IMG/VR virus record: IMGVR_UViG_3300037424_000224
Location: 1 to 64,000 of that record
Source of the DNA: a virus
Taxonomy: Duplodnaviria; Caudoviricetes
Strand: one strand, 5' to 3'
Length of the DNA: 64,000 nt
How positions within the stretch are numbered: position 1 is the first letter of the stretch; each line of letters starts with the position of its first letter. Shown here piece after piece: positions 1-8,041 of the stretch. The notes beneath the pieces are model-generated. The model was not told the origin of the DNA and did no database searches. It worked only from the letters and a program-made list of their open reading frames with translations. Made by a program: the position numbers and the translations under genes.

Positions 1-69
1 CTATGGGAATTAGTGGAAATGCTTTAATCTCCATTAACCAGTCTAAAGCATTTCCACTAATTCCCATAG
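1..69. repeat. Perfect 26-bp inverted repeat (fold-back) at the window start, 17-nt loop
   Basis: 1-26 CTATGGGAATTAGTGGAAATGCTTTA is the exact reverse complement of 44-69. Confidence 0.95.
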
Positions 70-220
70 AGTTCCAATAGAAAATATTCTTTTTGGTATC
101 TATTACCAGAGAATCGTGCTCTACCCCTTTATAATATCCATTATAAGGTCTAAGGTCGAAATCTAGTCTAATTACATCGCTTACCGTAATCCTATCCAGT
201 AACTTTCTTAATACTTCCAT
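1..220 (-). CDS. N-terminus of a probable DNA primase/toprim protein (runs off the window; not in ORF track)
   Basis: ATG at 220 abuts the upstream stop; MEVLRKLLDRITVSDVI...EHDSLVIDTKKNIFYWNSMGISGNALDWLMEIK resembles a primase N-terminal domain with the cysteines absent. Confidence 0.55.
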   Translation of the reverse strand, partial: MEVLRKLLDRITVSDVIRLDFDLRPYNGYYKGVEHDSLVIDTKKNIFYWNSMGISGNALDWLMEIKAFPLIPI

Positions 221-841
221 TTACCACCTAAATGCGTGTAAGTAATCCGCCAATCTCATAAGGTCTACATTATTTGGTAACGAACGATACTCAACTCGTC
301 CGTCATCCTTTAGTTCGTAGAAACCTGGTAATCGTTTTGCTTCTTTAATATCTAACTTAAATGTCCGATCCATACCGGTAAATAGTCTAGGCCAATCAAA
401 ATTAGCATTATACTTACGTTCAACGAGTTGGTCGTTCTTATTTACATAAGAGAGTATAGCACCATCTGTAACACTTACATGAACTCCCGCCGTATGTTCC
501 AAACCTACATTTTTATGATTCTCATAACCATAAAGGTTTTGATATTTAGTCAGTCCTTTTTGGTAGATTCGTCCTGCCGCAGTTCTTACTGTCTTTGAGA
601 CTTTGAATATTGGCATAGCCACTAACACTAGACCAAGTTTGATGGCTACTCCCTGTAAACGGTGTTCATCTGCTAATAGGGAATAAACTGCATTAATTGG
701 GTTAGTGAATGGTTCCCCTCTTGCTTCTGCTAGGAATCCACATCCATCGGGGTTTAATGAACCCGGACATACTACTGGATTAACTAAATCCTCAGGTTTG
801 AATACGAAATACTCTTTTTCGAGACCATATTTGATTGTCAT
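221..841 (-). CDS. COOH-NH2 ligase (phiEco32-like amidoligase, glutamate-cysteine ligase fold)
   Basis: GLEKEYFV, DGCGFLAEARGEP, AGVHVSV, VEYRSLP motifs. Confidence 0.7.
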   Translation of the reverse strand: MTIKYGLEKEYFVFKPEDLVNPVVCPGSLNPDGCGFLAEARGEPFTNPINAVYSLLADEHRLQGVAIKLGLVLVAMPIFKVSKTVRTAAGRIYQKGLTKYQNLYGYENHKNVGLEHTAGVHVSVTDGAILSYVNKNDQLVERKYNANFDWPRLFTGMDRTFKLDIKEAKRLPGFYELKDDGRVEYRSLPNNVDLMRLADYLHAFRW

Positions 842-853
842 TTTATTTTTCCT

Positions 854-1975
854 TTATTGATACTCAGTACCGTTTTTACGGGTCATATACTCTGGACTAA
901 TCGACTTAATAATCTTTCTACCTGTAGTGGGATGCCAAGTTTCTTTTTCGGTTTTAATAACAACTCCTTCACGCATTTGATTAACTCCATTTGATGCCGC
1001 TAGAATTGATTTACCAGAAGTAATTTTATCTACGTCAATGTTCTTCCATTCAGTTCTAGCAATTACTGGAACTCTATCAAAACCATTATTAAAACAAAAA
1101 TCTTCCAAATCATCTACATCTAGGTATTTTCCGTCTTTCATCACATCAAATACAATAAGTGTAGTTTCTTTAACTCCGTAAGTTAGGTCTTGAATACCTG
1201 GCCCGTATAACTCCCCAAATACAAAATAACCTTTGGGAATCTTATTTTTAACTTTCAGGGCCATTTGTTGATAGATATTTCCACCAGTAATTGTACTTCC
1301 ATACCAACTAGACTTCTCACTGTCTAAAGGCATTACTACATGGTGACTTCCTGCCAGATATACCCACTCGTCGTACTTACCGAATAATTTCTTAATTCGG
1401 TCAAAGAATGACATTTTGAGTTTTCTTGCCCACCCTGCTCGCCAATTTGTGCCGTGAACTTTCTCAGTTACGTCCACAATTTCATCTTCACTAAAGAAAT
1501 CAGGAAAGTTCTTTAGATGTTGAATATGAGTGTACTCTTGTACATCGCTCTTATTATACCGAATCTTCTTGGTTTTCTTTTCACCAAAGTTTTGATAAGA
1601 GGCTTGTTTTGGCTCCCACTTGGTAATACCCAATGCTTCTGCTACATCTTCACCTTCTAATAATGGTTCATTATCTGTACTTAATCTGGCAATAGTTAAT
1701 GGAAGAATTAAACCCTCTGATAAAGTCCCACGAAGCTTTACAGTTCTAGTTCTACCTGCTTCACTCTTGAGGTACTCAATCTTCTCTGCTTCTATAATCC
1801 ACTTAGGCAAGATGCAATCTGGTGGTACAAAAATTACTAAATCTCCTACTTTGTATTTACCAATCTTATCTAGGGATTGCCATCCACCCTTAAACTTAAT
1901 AATCTCTAGACTATCAGCATTAGGGTGTGGTTTAATCTCAAACACCTTTTGTACTGTTACAATTAAATCACTCAC
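854..1975 (-). CDS. ATP-dependent RNA ligase, DRB0094/Rnl2-like, with N-terminal OB/tRNA-binding-like domain
   Basis: N-terminal IKPHPNADSLE..GDLVIF..PD; motif I TEKVHGTN; FGELYGPGIQ, FDV, REGVVIK, K.IS.EY. Confidence 0.85.
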   Translation of the reverse strand: MSDLIVTVQKVFEIKPHPNADSLEIIKFKGGWQSLDKIGKYKVGDLVIFVPPDCILPKWIIEAEKIEYLKSEAGRTRTVKLRGTLSEGLILPLTIARLSTDNEPLLEGEDVAEALGITKWEPKQASYQNFGEKKTKKIRYNKSDVQEYTHIQHLKNFPDFFSEDEIVDVTEKVHGTNWRAGWARKLKMSFFDRIKKLFGKYDEWVYLAGSHHVVMPLDSEKSSWYGSTITGGNIYQQMALKVKNKIPKGYFVFGELYGPGIQDLTYGVKETTLIVFDVMKDGKYLDVDDLEDFCFNNGFDRVPVIARTEWKNIDVDKITSGKSILAASNGVNQMREGVVIKTEKETWHPTTGRKIIKSISPEYMTRKNGTEYQ

Positions 1976-3837
1976 TTTTCCCCTTTCAAAACAGTTTCAA
2001 AGTTAATATCAATTAATAGATTTTCAATTGCTACTCGGTTGGCCCCAAATGGTAGTTTGGATTCCTGCTCTGCTTTTAAGATACGCTGTTCACCATCAGC
2101 GGCATATTGTACAATCTGGTCATAAGTAAATAAACCGTTTCGTACTTCTAACAAGAACTTAGCATCTGGTCGTGGTAAAGTAATATTACCTGTAAGTAAA
2201 AGTTCCTCACCCTCTGTAATTAAACGGACTAAGTGCATACCATGTTTGGTATTTCCCTGAAAAGAGACCTTATTATTGTGGCGGGTGATTAAAGACTCAT
2301 TTGGAACAGTAAAACAAACTATATTTCCAGTATAATCAACCTTTTCTATTTTGTTATTTAATATTACATAATTAGTTTGCTTTGTGTCTTTAGTACCAGT
2401 TATATAAACTTGATACATTCCAAAGCCGGGGTTAACTGTAGAATTATGCCCCGCCAAGATAGACAGAAATTGAACTTGTTTTGCAAGAACAAAACTATTT
2501 GTATAGTAGACATAATTTCCACGTTCTTTGAAAGTACCGTCTCCTAATAATAATGAATATAATAAAACCCACGCCTGTCTCTTTGTCAAATGAATATAAA
2601 AATCCGGTAAATGTTTATTTCTTGATAGATGCCCACACATATTATATAAGGCTAAAGAAAGGGTTTTATTTATACACCAAATAGTCTCGTCATAACCTCG
2701 ATTCTTTCTAAAGTATTCGTACCTACCAGAATACATTTCCTTCGGTAAACTATCCATCATATCAAAGAATCCCTGCTTACCGTTCGGGGTTTGAGTGATT
2801 CTTGCACACTTCAAATTACCCTTATGAAAATTAATAGTTCCTTCCGAAATATACGCCCCTAAGAGTTTTAAAAATTCGTCTGTAACGCCCTCATCAACGT
2901 TATTATTTGTAGGAAGTGCTAAAACATGAAAATTTGATTTTGTACCATCAATTAGAGTATATAAAGGATTGAACCCCCACACACTATCACATTCCGTAGA
3001 ATAGTTATTTGATGCTTGTCTATGACAACCAGCAACGTACATTCTGTGATTTGAGGTTACAAAACAGTCTGTGTGTAAAGATTCTAAATGGTACATCAGG
3101 CCACTATAGGGCTTCTTGACTCGTTCAGTAAATTGCTGAAATTCTACAAAATTACCATTAGGATTAATGGTTCCTAGAAAATCACCGTTTTGTACATCAT
3201 CGTACAGTTTCCATCCAGTAGATGTTAAGAACTCAGTATCTTCTGAATAACAATCATAACCATACTTTGCTTCTAATTCGTGTCTAGCAGGGTTTCGGTT
3301 CTTTTTCCATTCATTATAGTTAGTCCACTTATTGTGGGCGTTACTATAAGCATTTTGTTCTATACCGCTAGGCCAAGACCAATTACCTTCCTCATTCCTA
3401 TATGCACCAAAATCTTGAGGTTGAGCATCTGGTGGTACTTTACCCGTCATATACTCGTGGTGCATCTTCATACGTTTCATCTGTGCAAAAGCATACCCAG
3501 TAAAAGTATGTCTGGCTTTTCTACTGATAATTAAATAACGATGTTGTAAAATCTTAGCCCATGTATCTGTTACTTTGATACAAGTCTCCCCTACAGTTGG
3601 GGCGAATAGAATCTCTACTATATTAGGGTTACAGTCAGCGGCTAAGGTAAGGAACTTACTAACCCCAAAAATTGTTCGGTCAGGGTCTTTTTGTTCATAC
3701 TGTTCAAAGGGTGACATGCCCAAGATAGACTTAAAGGGTTGTAAAGCTACTCCCCTATAGTCAATATCACTTGTAGGTATAGAAGTTCCATATAAGTGGC
3801 TTCCGTGTAAGGTTTCAAAGATTATATCTAATTCCAT
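1972..3837 (-). CDS. Pol-beta-superfamily nucleotidyltransferase (RlaP/PF10127-like) with a 334-aa intein; about 287 aa mature
   Basis: HGSHLYG..SDIDYRG motif; removing the intein restores GYD|TKHGMHLVRL. Confidence 0.85.
   Translation of the reverse strand: MELDIIFETLHGSHLYGTSIPTSDIDYRGVALQPFKSILGMSPFEQYEQKDPDRTIFGVSKFLTLAADCNPNIVEILFAPTVGETCIKVTDTWAKILQHRYLIISRKARHTFTGYAFAQMKRMKMHHEYMTGKVPPDAQPQDFGAYRNEEGNWSWPSGIEQNAYSNAHNKWTNYNEWKKNRNPARHELEAKYGYDCYSEDTEFLTSTGWKLYDDVQNGDFLGTINPNGNFVEFQQFTERVKKPYSGLMYHLESLHTDCFVTSNHRMYVAGCHRQASNNYSTECDSVWGFNPLYTLIDGTKSNFHVLALPTNNNVDEGVTDEFLKLLGAYISEGTINFHKGNLKCARITQTPNGKQGFFDMMDSLPKEMYSGRYEYFRKNRGYDETIWCINKTLSLALYNMCGHLSRNKHLPDFYIHLTKRQAWVLLYSLLLGDGTFKERGNYVYYTNSFVLAKQVQFLSILAGHNSTVNPGFGMYQVYITGTKDTKQTNYVILNNKIEKVDYTGNIVCFTVPNESLITRHNNKVSFQGNTKHGMHLVRLITEGEELLLTGNITLPRPDAKFLLEVRNGLFTYDQIVQYAADGEQRILKAEQESKLPFGANRVAIENLLIDINFETVLKGEK
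2251..3252 (-). mobile_element. Intein with LAGLIDADG homing endonuclease
   Basis: Block A CYSEDTEFLT (Cys codon 3252-3250), block B TSNH, LAGLIDADG-like LLGAYISEG and LLYSLLLGDG, block F VCFTVP, ends QGN followed by Thr+1. Confidence 0.88.
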
Positions 3838-3853
3838 TATAACTCCTTTGCTG

Positions 3854-3985
3854 TTAGTTGAAAATGCAGACCTTGGTAACTATAACAAAATCCTTATCTT
3901 TGTACGGAATTCCTAGAAGTTGGTCACGTACACAACCACCCGCTAAAAAGAATTCACAACCTTCAATTTCTGGAAATTCAATCAT
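3854..3985 (-). pseudogene. cca: 43-aa N-terminal remnant of a CCA-adding enzyme/poly(A) polymerase-family gene (not in ORF track)
   Basis: MIEFPEIEGCEFFLAGGCVRDQLLGIPYKDKDFVIVTKVCIFN*; matches the class II signature xGGxVRDxLLG..DxD and stops right after it. Confidence 0.75.
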
Positions 3986-4017
3986 TTTTAACCTTCTTTC
4001 TTAGGTATAAAAATACC

Positions 4018-4227
4018 CTAACACTTAATCTTTCGTGCTAGGGTATTTATTTTACTAAACTTTGCTATATCTTCTTCATGTGGAATCCACAATAACTCTC
4101 CGGTCTGTTTATTCCAATAGCAGACCCCATTTTTATTCTCACAAATATAATCCCAAATATCAGGACTACCTTCTATGATTTCATCAGCTTTATCCGATGA
4201 AATTTCTGTTAAAATGTATCTTTCCAT
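4018..4227 (-). CDS. Hypothetical protein
   Basis: 69-aa ORF with upstream AGAAAGG RBS-like sequence, in operon orientation. Confidence 0.6.
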   Translation of the reverse strand: MERYILTEISSDKADEIIEGSPDIWDYICENKNGVCYWNKQTGELLWIPHEEDIAKFSKINTLARKIKC

Positions 4228-4240
4228 TTTTACCTTTCTG

Positions 4241-4313
4241 TCCGATGTAGGGGGCTCGAACCCCTATCGACTCATTCACAGTGAGTGATTTTAACCAATT
4301 AAACTAACAAAGG
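4241..4313 (-). tRNA. tRNA-His(GTG), degenerate
   Basis: Anticodon arm ACTCA-CTGTGAA-TGAGT, T arm AGGGG-TTCGAGC-CCCCT; acceptor CCTTTGT/ACATCGG has two mismatches; no encoded CCA. Confidence 0.7.
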
Positions 4314-4321
4314 GATATTAC

Positions 4322-4873
4322 TTATAATATATAAAATGTCACATTAAAACATAAAAATCTAAACGTTAAACTTGTCCAATAATGCTCTAAGTTTCTGTAG
4401 CCAATATCAAATAGTAATGCCCACCAATGATAATCAATTGAAAACTTCATATCTTATCCTCTAGAAATTTTTTTATAATTTGATACAGTAAGGAACCAAC
4501 TCCTACGAATAAGAATGTTCCACCAACAAACACAACTGCAAAATCTGGCCCTAATAAAATCATTTGTTTTTCCTAATATGTTGTTTATACCAGCCTATTT
4601 CAACTACGATAATTGAACCACTAAAAATTAGTAAGTACCCAATTGCTTCTGAGTTTGCGAACACTACTAATATGTTACCTGAATTCATCTTATTACCTTT
4701 CAGCCTATTGGCATACGAGAATCGGTTAATTCTTTTATTAAAAGTTCTTCGATTTCTTTTAATTTTTGGTCAATTACTTCGGTTTGAGAAGGATGGTCAC
4801 CCCAATCTTTGAACTTACTAAACAATGCTTCCTTGTACAACTTAATGAGTTGTTCTGCTTTTTCTCTGTTCAT
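4322..4873 (-). other. Four small ORFs (4322-4450, 4447-4563, 4560-4688, 4700-4873; 38-57 aa), two of them single-TM peptides
   Basis: Hand-translated; ATGA start/stop overlaps join the three leftmost; below the ORF-track cutoff. Confidence 0.55.
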
Positions 4874-4903
4874 AGTTGCGCCTTTCCTTTCAATACAAGA
4901 TAG

Positions 4904-4975
4904 CAGGGGTAGTAGGACTCGAACCTACAGTCGTGGTTTTGGAGGCCACTGGTTTGCCAATTAACCGATACCCCT
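4904..4975 (-). tRNA. tRNA-Trp(CCA)
   Basis: Acceptor AGGGGTA/TACCCCT, D stem GGTT/AACC, loop CTCCAAA, T arm GTAGG-TTCGAGT-CCTAC; no encoded CCA end. Confidence 0.88.
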
Positions 4976-4984
4976 AAGAAGTCC

Positions 4985-5227
4985 CTAAAAGGGAACTTCA
5001 AAAAACTCTGGTTCTTTAAAATCTTCTAACATTACCACTTTGAGGGGACGACCTTTGAAGCGTTTGTGTGTTTCGGGGCCTACTCGAATCATCTCGGCTA
5101 AAGCACCTTCAACCTTGAGAATCTCAAATGAGCGTTTTTCCGTTCCACCAAATCCTACTACCTCGAATACGTCGCCTACGTTGTGAAAACTAATGTTTAG
5201 TGTAAACTTATTCCTTGCCATTGGCAT
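4985..5227 (-). CDS. Hypothetical protein (about 80 aa; true start MPMARNK, downstream of its own promoter)
   Basis: The track's longer ORF reads through a promoter; RBS AAGGA lies upstream of ATG 5227; GC above the flanks. Confidence 0.6.
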   Translation of the reverse strand: MPMARNKFTLNISFHNVGDVFEVVGFGGTEKRSFEILKVEGALAEMIRVGPETHKRFKGRPLKVVMLEDFKEPEFFEVPF

Positions 5228-5254
5228 TGTCCTGATCCTTTTTGCCGTGTGCAG

Positions 5255-5283
5255 ATTGTAGCACATCGGGCGCATCGTGTCAA
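5255..5283 (-). promoter_or_regulatory. sigma70-type promoter TTGACA-17-TACAAT with TG extension
   Basis: Minus strand TTGACAcgatgcgcccgatgtgcTACAAT. Confidence 0.8.
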
Positions 5284-5291
5284 GCTGCTTT

Positions 5292-5543
5292 TCAGTCCAA
5301 CAAACCTGAAATATTAACTTGATTCTCCAAATCTGCTGCAATTTGGTCAAAAATCTGGTCGGAAGTTTCATATTCATACTCAGGAGTTAAATAACTCTCG
5401 TTCTTAATATTTCCTTCTGGTAGTTGAGAACTAATCTCAATCTTACCATTACCGACCCACATTCCTCTTTCTACACTGTATTCAGCATAGATTTCTGTAT
5501 TGACTTTATAAAATGATAGCATTATAATGGCTTCCTTTCCCAC
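5292..5543 (-). CDS. Hypothetical protein
   Basis: ORF in operon; true start probably slightly downstream. Confidence 0.55.
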   Translation of the reverse strand: MGKEAIIMLSFYKVNTEIYAEYSVERGMWVGNGKIEISSQLPEGNIKNESYLTPEYEYETSDQIFDQIAADLENQVNISGLLD

Positions 5544-6280
5544 TTACCAAGTCCCCACAGACAATCGTGGAGTTCCTCTAGGATAACTACGTCACCTTCA
5601 TTATGCTCTAGAACGCCTTTAAGAGCTTTTTCGTCACCATACTTAGCCAATCTCCAATAATCCTTATCTAGTGGAGTCTTACCTTTAATTCCCAAATACT
5701 GACAAGCATTGTCCAATGACTTTCTACTTAAGTTCATCTTAGATTTAACTACATAGTACAAATCCCAGTGATAAATAGAAGGAATTAATACAGTCTTGGC
5801 AGTATTACCATTAAATTGTACTACTTTCTCATAGCCAGGAAATACGTACCCGTAGTGCATGGCCTTACTTCTAATATAAGGAATATCAAAACCAGTCCCA
5901 TAATAGGTTACTAGAATATCAAAACCATTCATTTCGTTGATTAAATCTTGTACTAATCTACTATCTGTTACTCCATTAAAAAGTTCTTCTTTAGTGATTA
6001 CATTGGAATAAATTGCACCACCACGTTCTTTGATACAGTAACTCAACATCGTACTAAAGTCAGCCTTTAATCCGTCTGATTCAATATCAAGGTATCCAAT
6101 TCTTAATCCATCATACCACGATACGGCCTTATTAATTGGTAGTCCATTCTTATCAAAACAGCGTCTATGAGTTTCAATCGTGTGGCGGTGAATACATCTA
6201 AGTTCATTCATTATTTTCTGTGTCCTCAATTGGGATATTGTTGCTACTATCTTTTCTATAACTGCGTTCTTTTTGTTCAA
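5522..6280 (-). CDS. DEDD 3'-5' exonuclease (RNase_H_2/YprB-like)
   Basis: YLDIESD, LVTYYGTGFDIPY, HNEGDV; real start probably MNELRC. Confidence 0.8.
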   Translation of the reverse strand: MNKKNAVIEKIVATISQLRTQKIMNELRCIHRHTIETHRRCFDKNGLPINKAVSWYDGLRIGYLDIESDGLKADFSTMLSYCIKERGGAIYSNVITKEELFNGVTDSRLVQDLINEMNGFDILVTYYGTGFDIPYIRSKAMHYGYVFPGYEKVVQFNGNTAKTVLIPSIYHWDLYYVVKSKMNLSRKSLDNACQYLGIKGKTPLDKDYWRLAKYGDEKALKGVLEHNEGDVVILEELHDCLWGLGKWERKPL

Positions 6281-6413
6281 AAGACATTAAGTATCTAAGC
6301 CAAGGTTCGTCTATAGAACCCTTGTAGGTATCCCAATGCTCTTTGCACAAATAGTTAAAGCCAAATATGATTTCTTTTCCACAAATGCAACATTCACGCA
6401 TAGTATAAATCAC
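6204..6413 (-). CDS. Small zinc-binding protein
   Basis: CxxC...CxxH pattern. Confidence 0.55.
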   Translation of the reverse strand: MIYTMRECCICGKEIIFGFNYLCKEHWDTYKGSIDEPWLRYLMSFEQKERSYRKDSSNNIPIEDTENNE

Positions 6414-6669
6414 CTACCCGTTTAATTAATGCTGTCAAACGCTTGGCGGTAGTCTTTCTATCAAAACCAATCATCAGGCTTATCTTTCTAAAACTAAATC
6501 CGGCCAATAACAGTTGTAAACTCTCAATATCTTTTATTGATATTTCGTCAAACTGATACAGATTTCTTAGGATTAGGTCTACATCCAGTGTAGACTGAAA
6601 TTCGTCACTGTTCAAATCCATTTCTTTATAAAAATGGTAGTTGGTCAGTGCTTCTGAAACTCCTATCAA
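6394..6669 (-). CDS. HTH DNA-binding protein (sigma region 4-like)
   Basis: LQLLLAGFSFRKISLMIGFDRKTTAKRL. Confidence 0.55.
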   Translation of the reverse strand: MIGVSEALTNYHFYKEMDLNSDEFQSTLDVDLILRNLYQFDEISIKDIESLQLLLAGFSFRKISLMIGFDRKTTAKRLTALIKRVGDLYYA

Positions 6670-7037
6670 AGCAAGCCGTTCCTCTTATTGGCACTGATGG
6701 TTTGAAAGACTGAGACTTTATTTCGCATAGTTTCTAGTAAGTTAGTGGCTTCTTCGGCGTTTCTTTGAGCAACTCTATAAGAAGTATTTAAATTCCTTAG
6801 AGTTTCAGCATCTTCGGGCGTATTACCAATGATTCTCACTACATTATCGACATAGGACTGTGTACCAGGTTTGCCATTAATAAATAGATTTTTGTTCGTA
6901 TATACTTCTTTAACACATTCAGCTATTCGAGTATCTAGTTGAAGTTTAAATGAATCTGCTTCTGTTTTGTACCTTGCAATTATATTAGCTAAAGCGTTCA
7001 TAGCATCAAAATCAGGAAGTAACTCTTCATTCAGCAT
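6666..7037 (-). CDS. Hypothetical coiled-coil protein (possibly UvsY-like)
   Basis: Helical ORF beside the resolvase; assignment weak. Confidence 0.4.
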   Translation of the reverse strand: MLNEELLPDFDAMNALANIIARYKTEADSFKLQLDTRIAECVKEVYTNKNLFINGKPGTQSYVDNVVRIIGNTPEDAETLRNLNTSYRVAQRNAEEATNLLETMRNKVSVFQTISANKRNGLL

Positions 7038-7491
7038 TTTCTTTTTCCTTACCGTAATACTTTTCTAACAATACTGTGTACTCGTCATTTAACTCTTTAA
7101 TATCAGACATGAGTTGATTCCACACATCCAAGTTAAAGCAGATAGCCGTAGCGGAACCAATATCTCCACCTGTAACGTCATTAAACTTGATGACTACGGC
7201 TGGATATTTGTTATCTAAAGCAGCTTGGTCACGTATCTTAGTAAACCATTCCCGTTTTAGGGTCATTTGTTTGGAAGTGCCATACCCTACTTTTGCTTCA
7301 AGGCGAAAATCCCGTCGAAACCAAGGATAGTGTCCTTGTAAGTCACCAGTCAAAGAGGCCATCCCCAAGTTGGTTCCAATTGATCCTGAGCCTGGCACTC
7401 GCTTAAAAATAGCACCATTTTCAGACAACATTTTGGCGGCATCTCTTTCAAACTTGTCGCCTTTTATTTTACTTCGATTATTTTTTGTCAT
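7027..7491 (-). CDS. Holliday junction resolvase, Hjc-type PD-(D/E)xK
   Basis: KGDKFER, GSG, GDL, EAK motifs. Confidence 0.8.
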   Translation of the reverse strand: MTKNNRSKIKGDKFERDAAKMLSENGAIFKRVPGSGSIGTNLGMASLTGDLQGHYPWFRRDFRLEAKVGYGTSKQMTLKREWFTKIRDQAALDNKYPAVVIKFNDVTGGDIGSATAICFNLDVWNQLMSDIKELNDEYTVLLEKYYGKEKENAE

Positions 7492-8041
7492 TATATTCTA
7501 CTACCCTTATACACTGATTAATAAAATCTTCTACACTCAATTGTAATTTCATTCTGTTGCATCTTCCACAACATGCCACACAGTTTTCTAATGTATATCC
7601 TTTTAAGTTTTCTTTTCTATCAATACCATTATACACATATGGGCCATTACTTATTCCGGTATTAGACCTTGGTCTATAAATCTGTTTAGGTTCTATCCCG
7701 CAATAATAACAATTCTGTAATGTGATTGTTCTAAAATCGTCTTTGTTTAATAAAAACTCGCGATTTCTATCTTTTGCTTTTACTTTATATGAATGATATA
7801 ATCTATTAAATGCTGCAAGACCATATTCTATCTGGTTTCCGCGATTAAAAAAACAACCACATGACCTAGTATGACCAGTTCTTAACGAGCAGGCATCAAT
7901 TATTTTTTCCTTGCCACAATCACACAAACATTTCCAAAAAGTTCTATAATCTTTTCTTTCATAAAATTCAAATACTGTTAATTGACCATATCTTTGCCCA
8001 GTTAAATCTTTTATTCTATTGTTCATAATTGCCCAAATCAA
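7478..8041 (-). CDS. Free-standing HNH homing endonuclease
   Basis: DLTGQRYGQLTV..CLCDCG..HTRSCGC; CYYCG, GIDR..N..GY..ENCVACCGRCN. Confidence 0.85.
   Translation of the reverse strand: MIWAIMNNRIKDLTGQRYGQLTVFEFYERKDYRTFWKCLCDCGKEKIIDACSLRTGHTRSCGCFFNRGNQIEYGLAAFNRLYHSYKVKAKDRNREFLLNKDDFRTITLQNCYYCGIEPKQIYRPRSNTGISNGPYVYNGIDRKENLKGYTLENCVACCGRCNRMKLQLSVEDFINQCIRVVEYNDKK

Noticed and set aside
5228-5377. N-terminal 50 aa of the 130-aa ORF 4985-5377
   Set aside because: Overlaps the upstream gene and a consensus promoter; the true start is 5227
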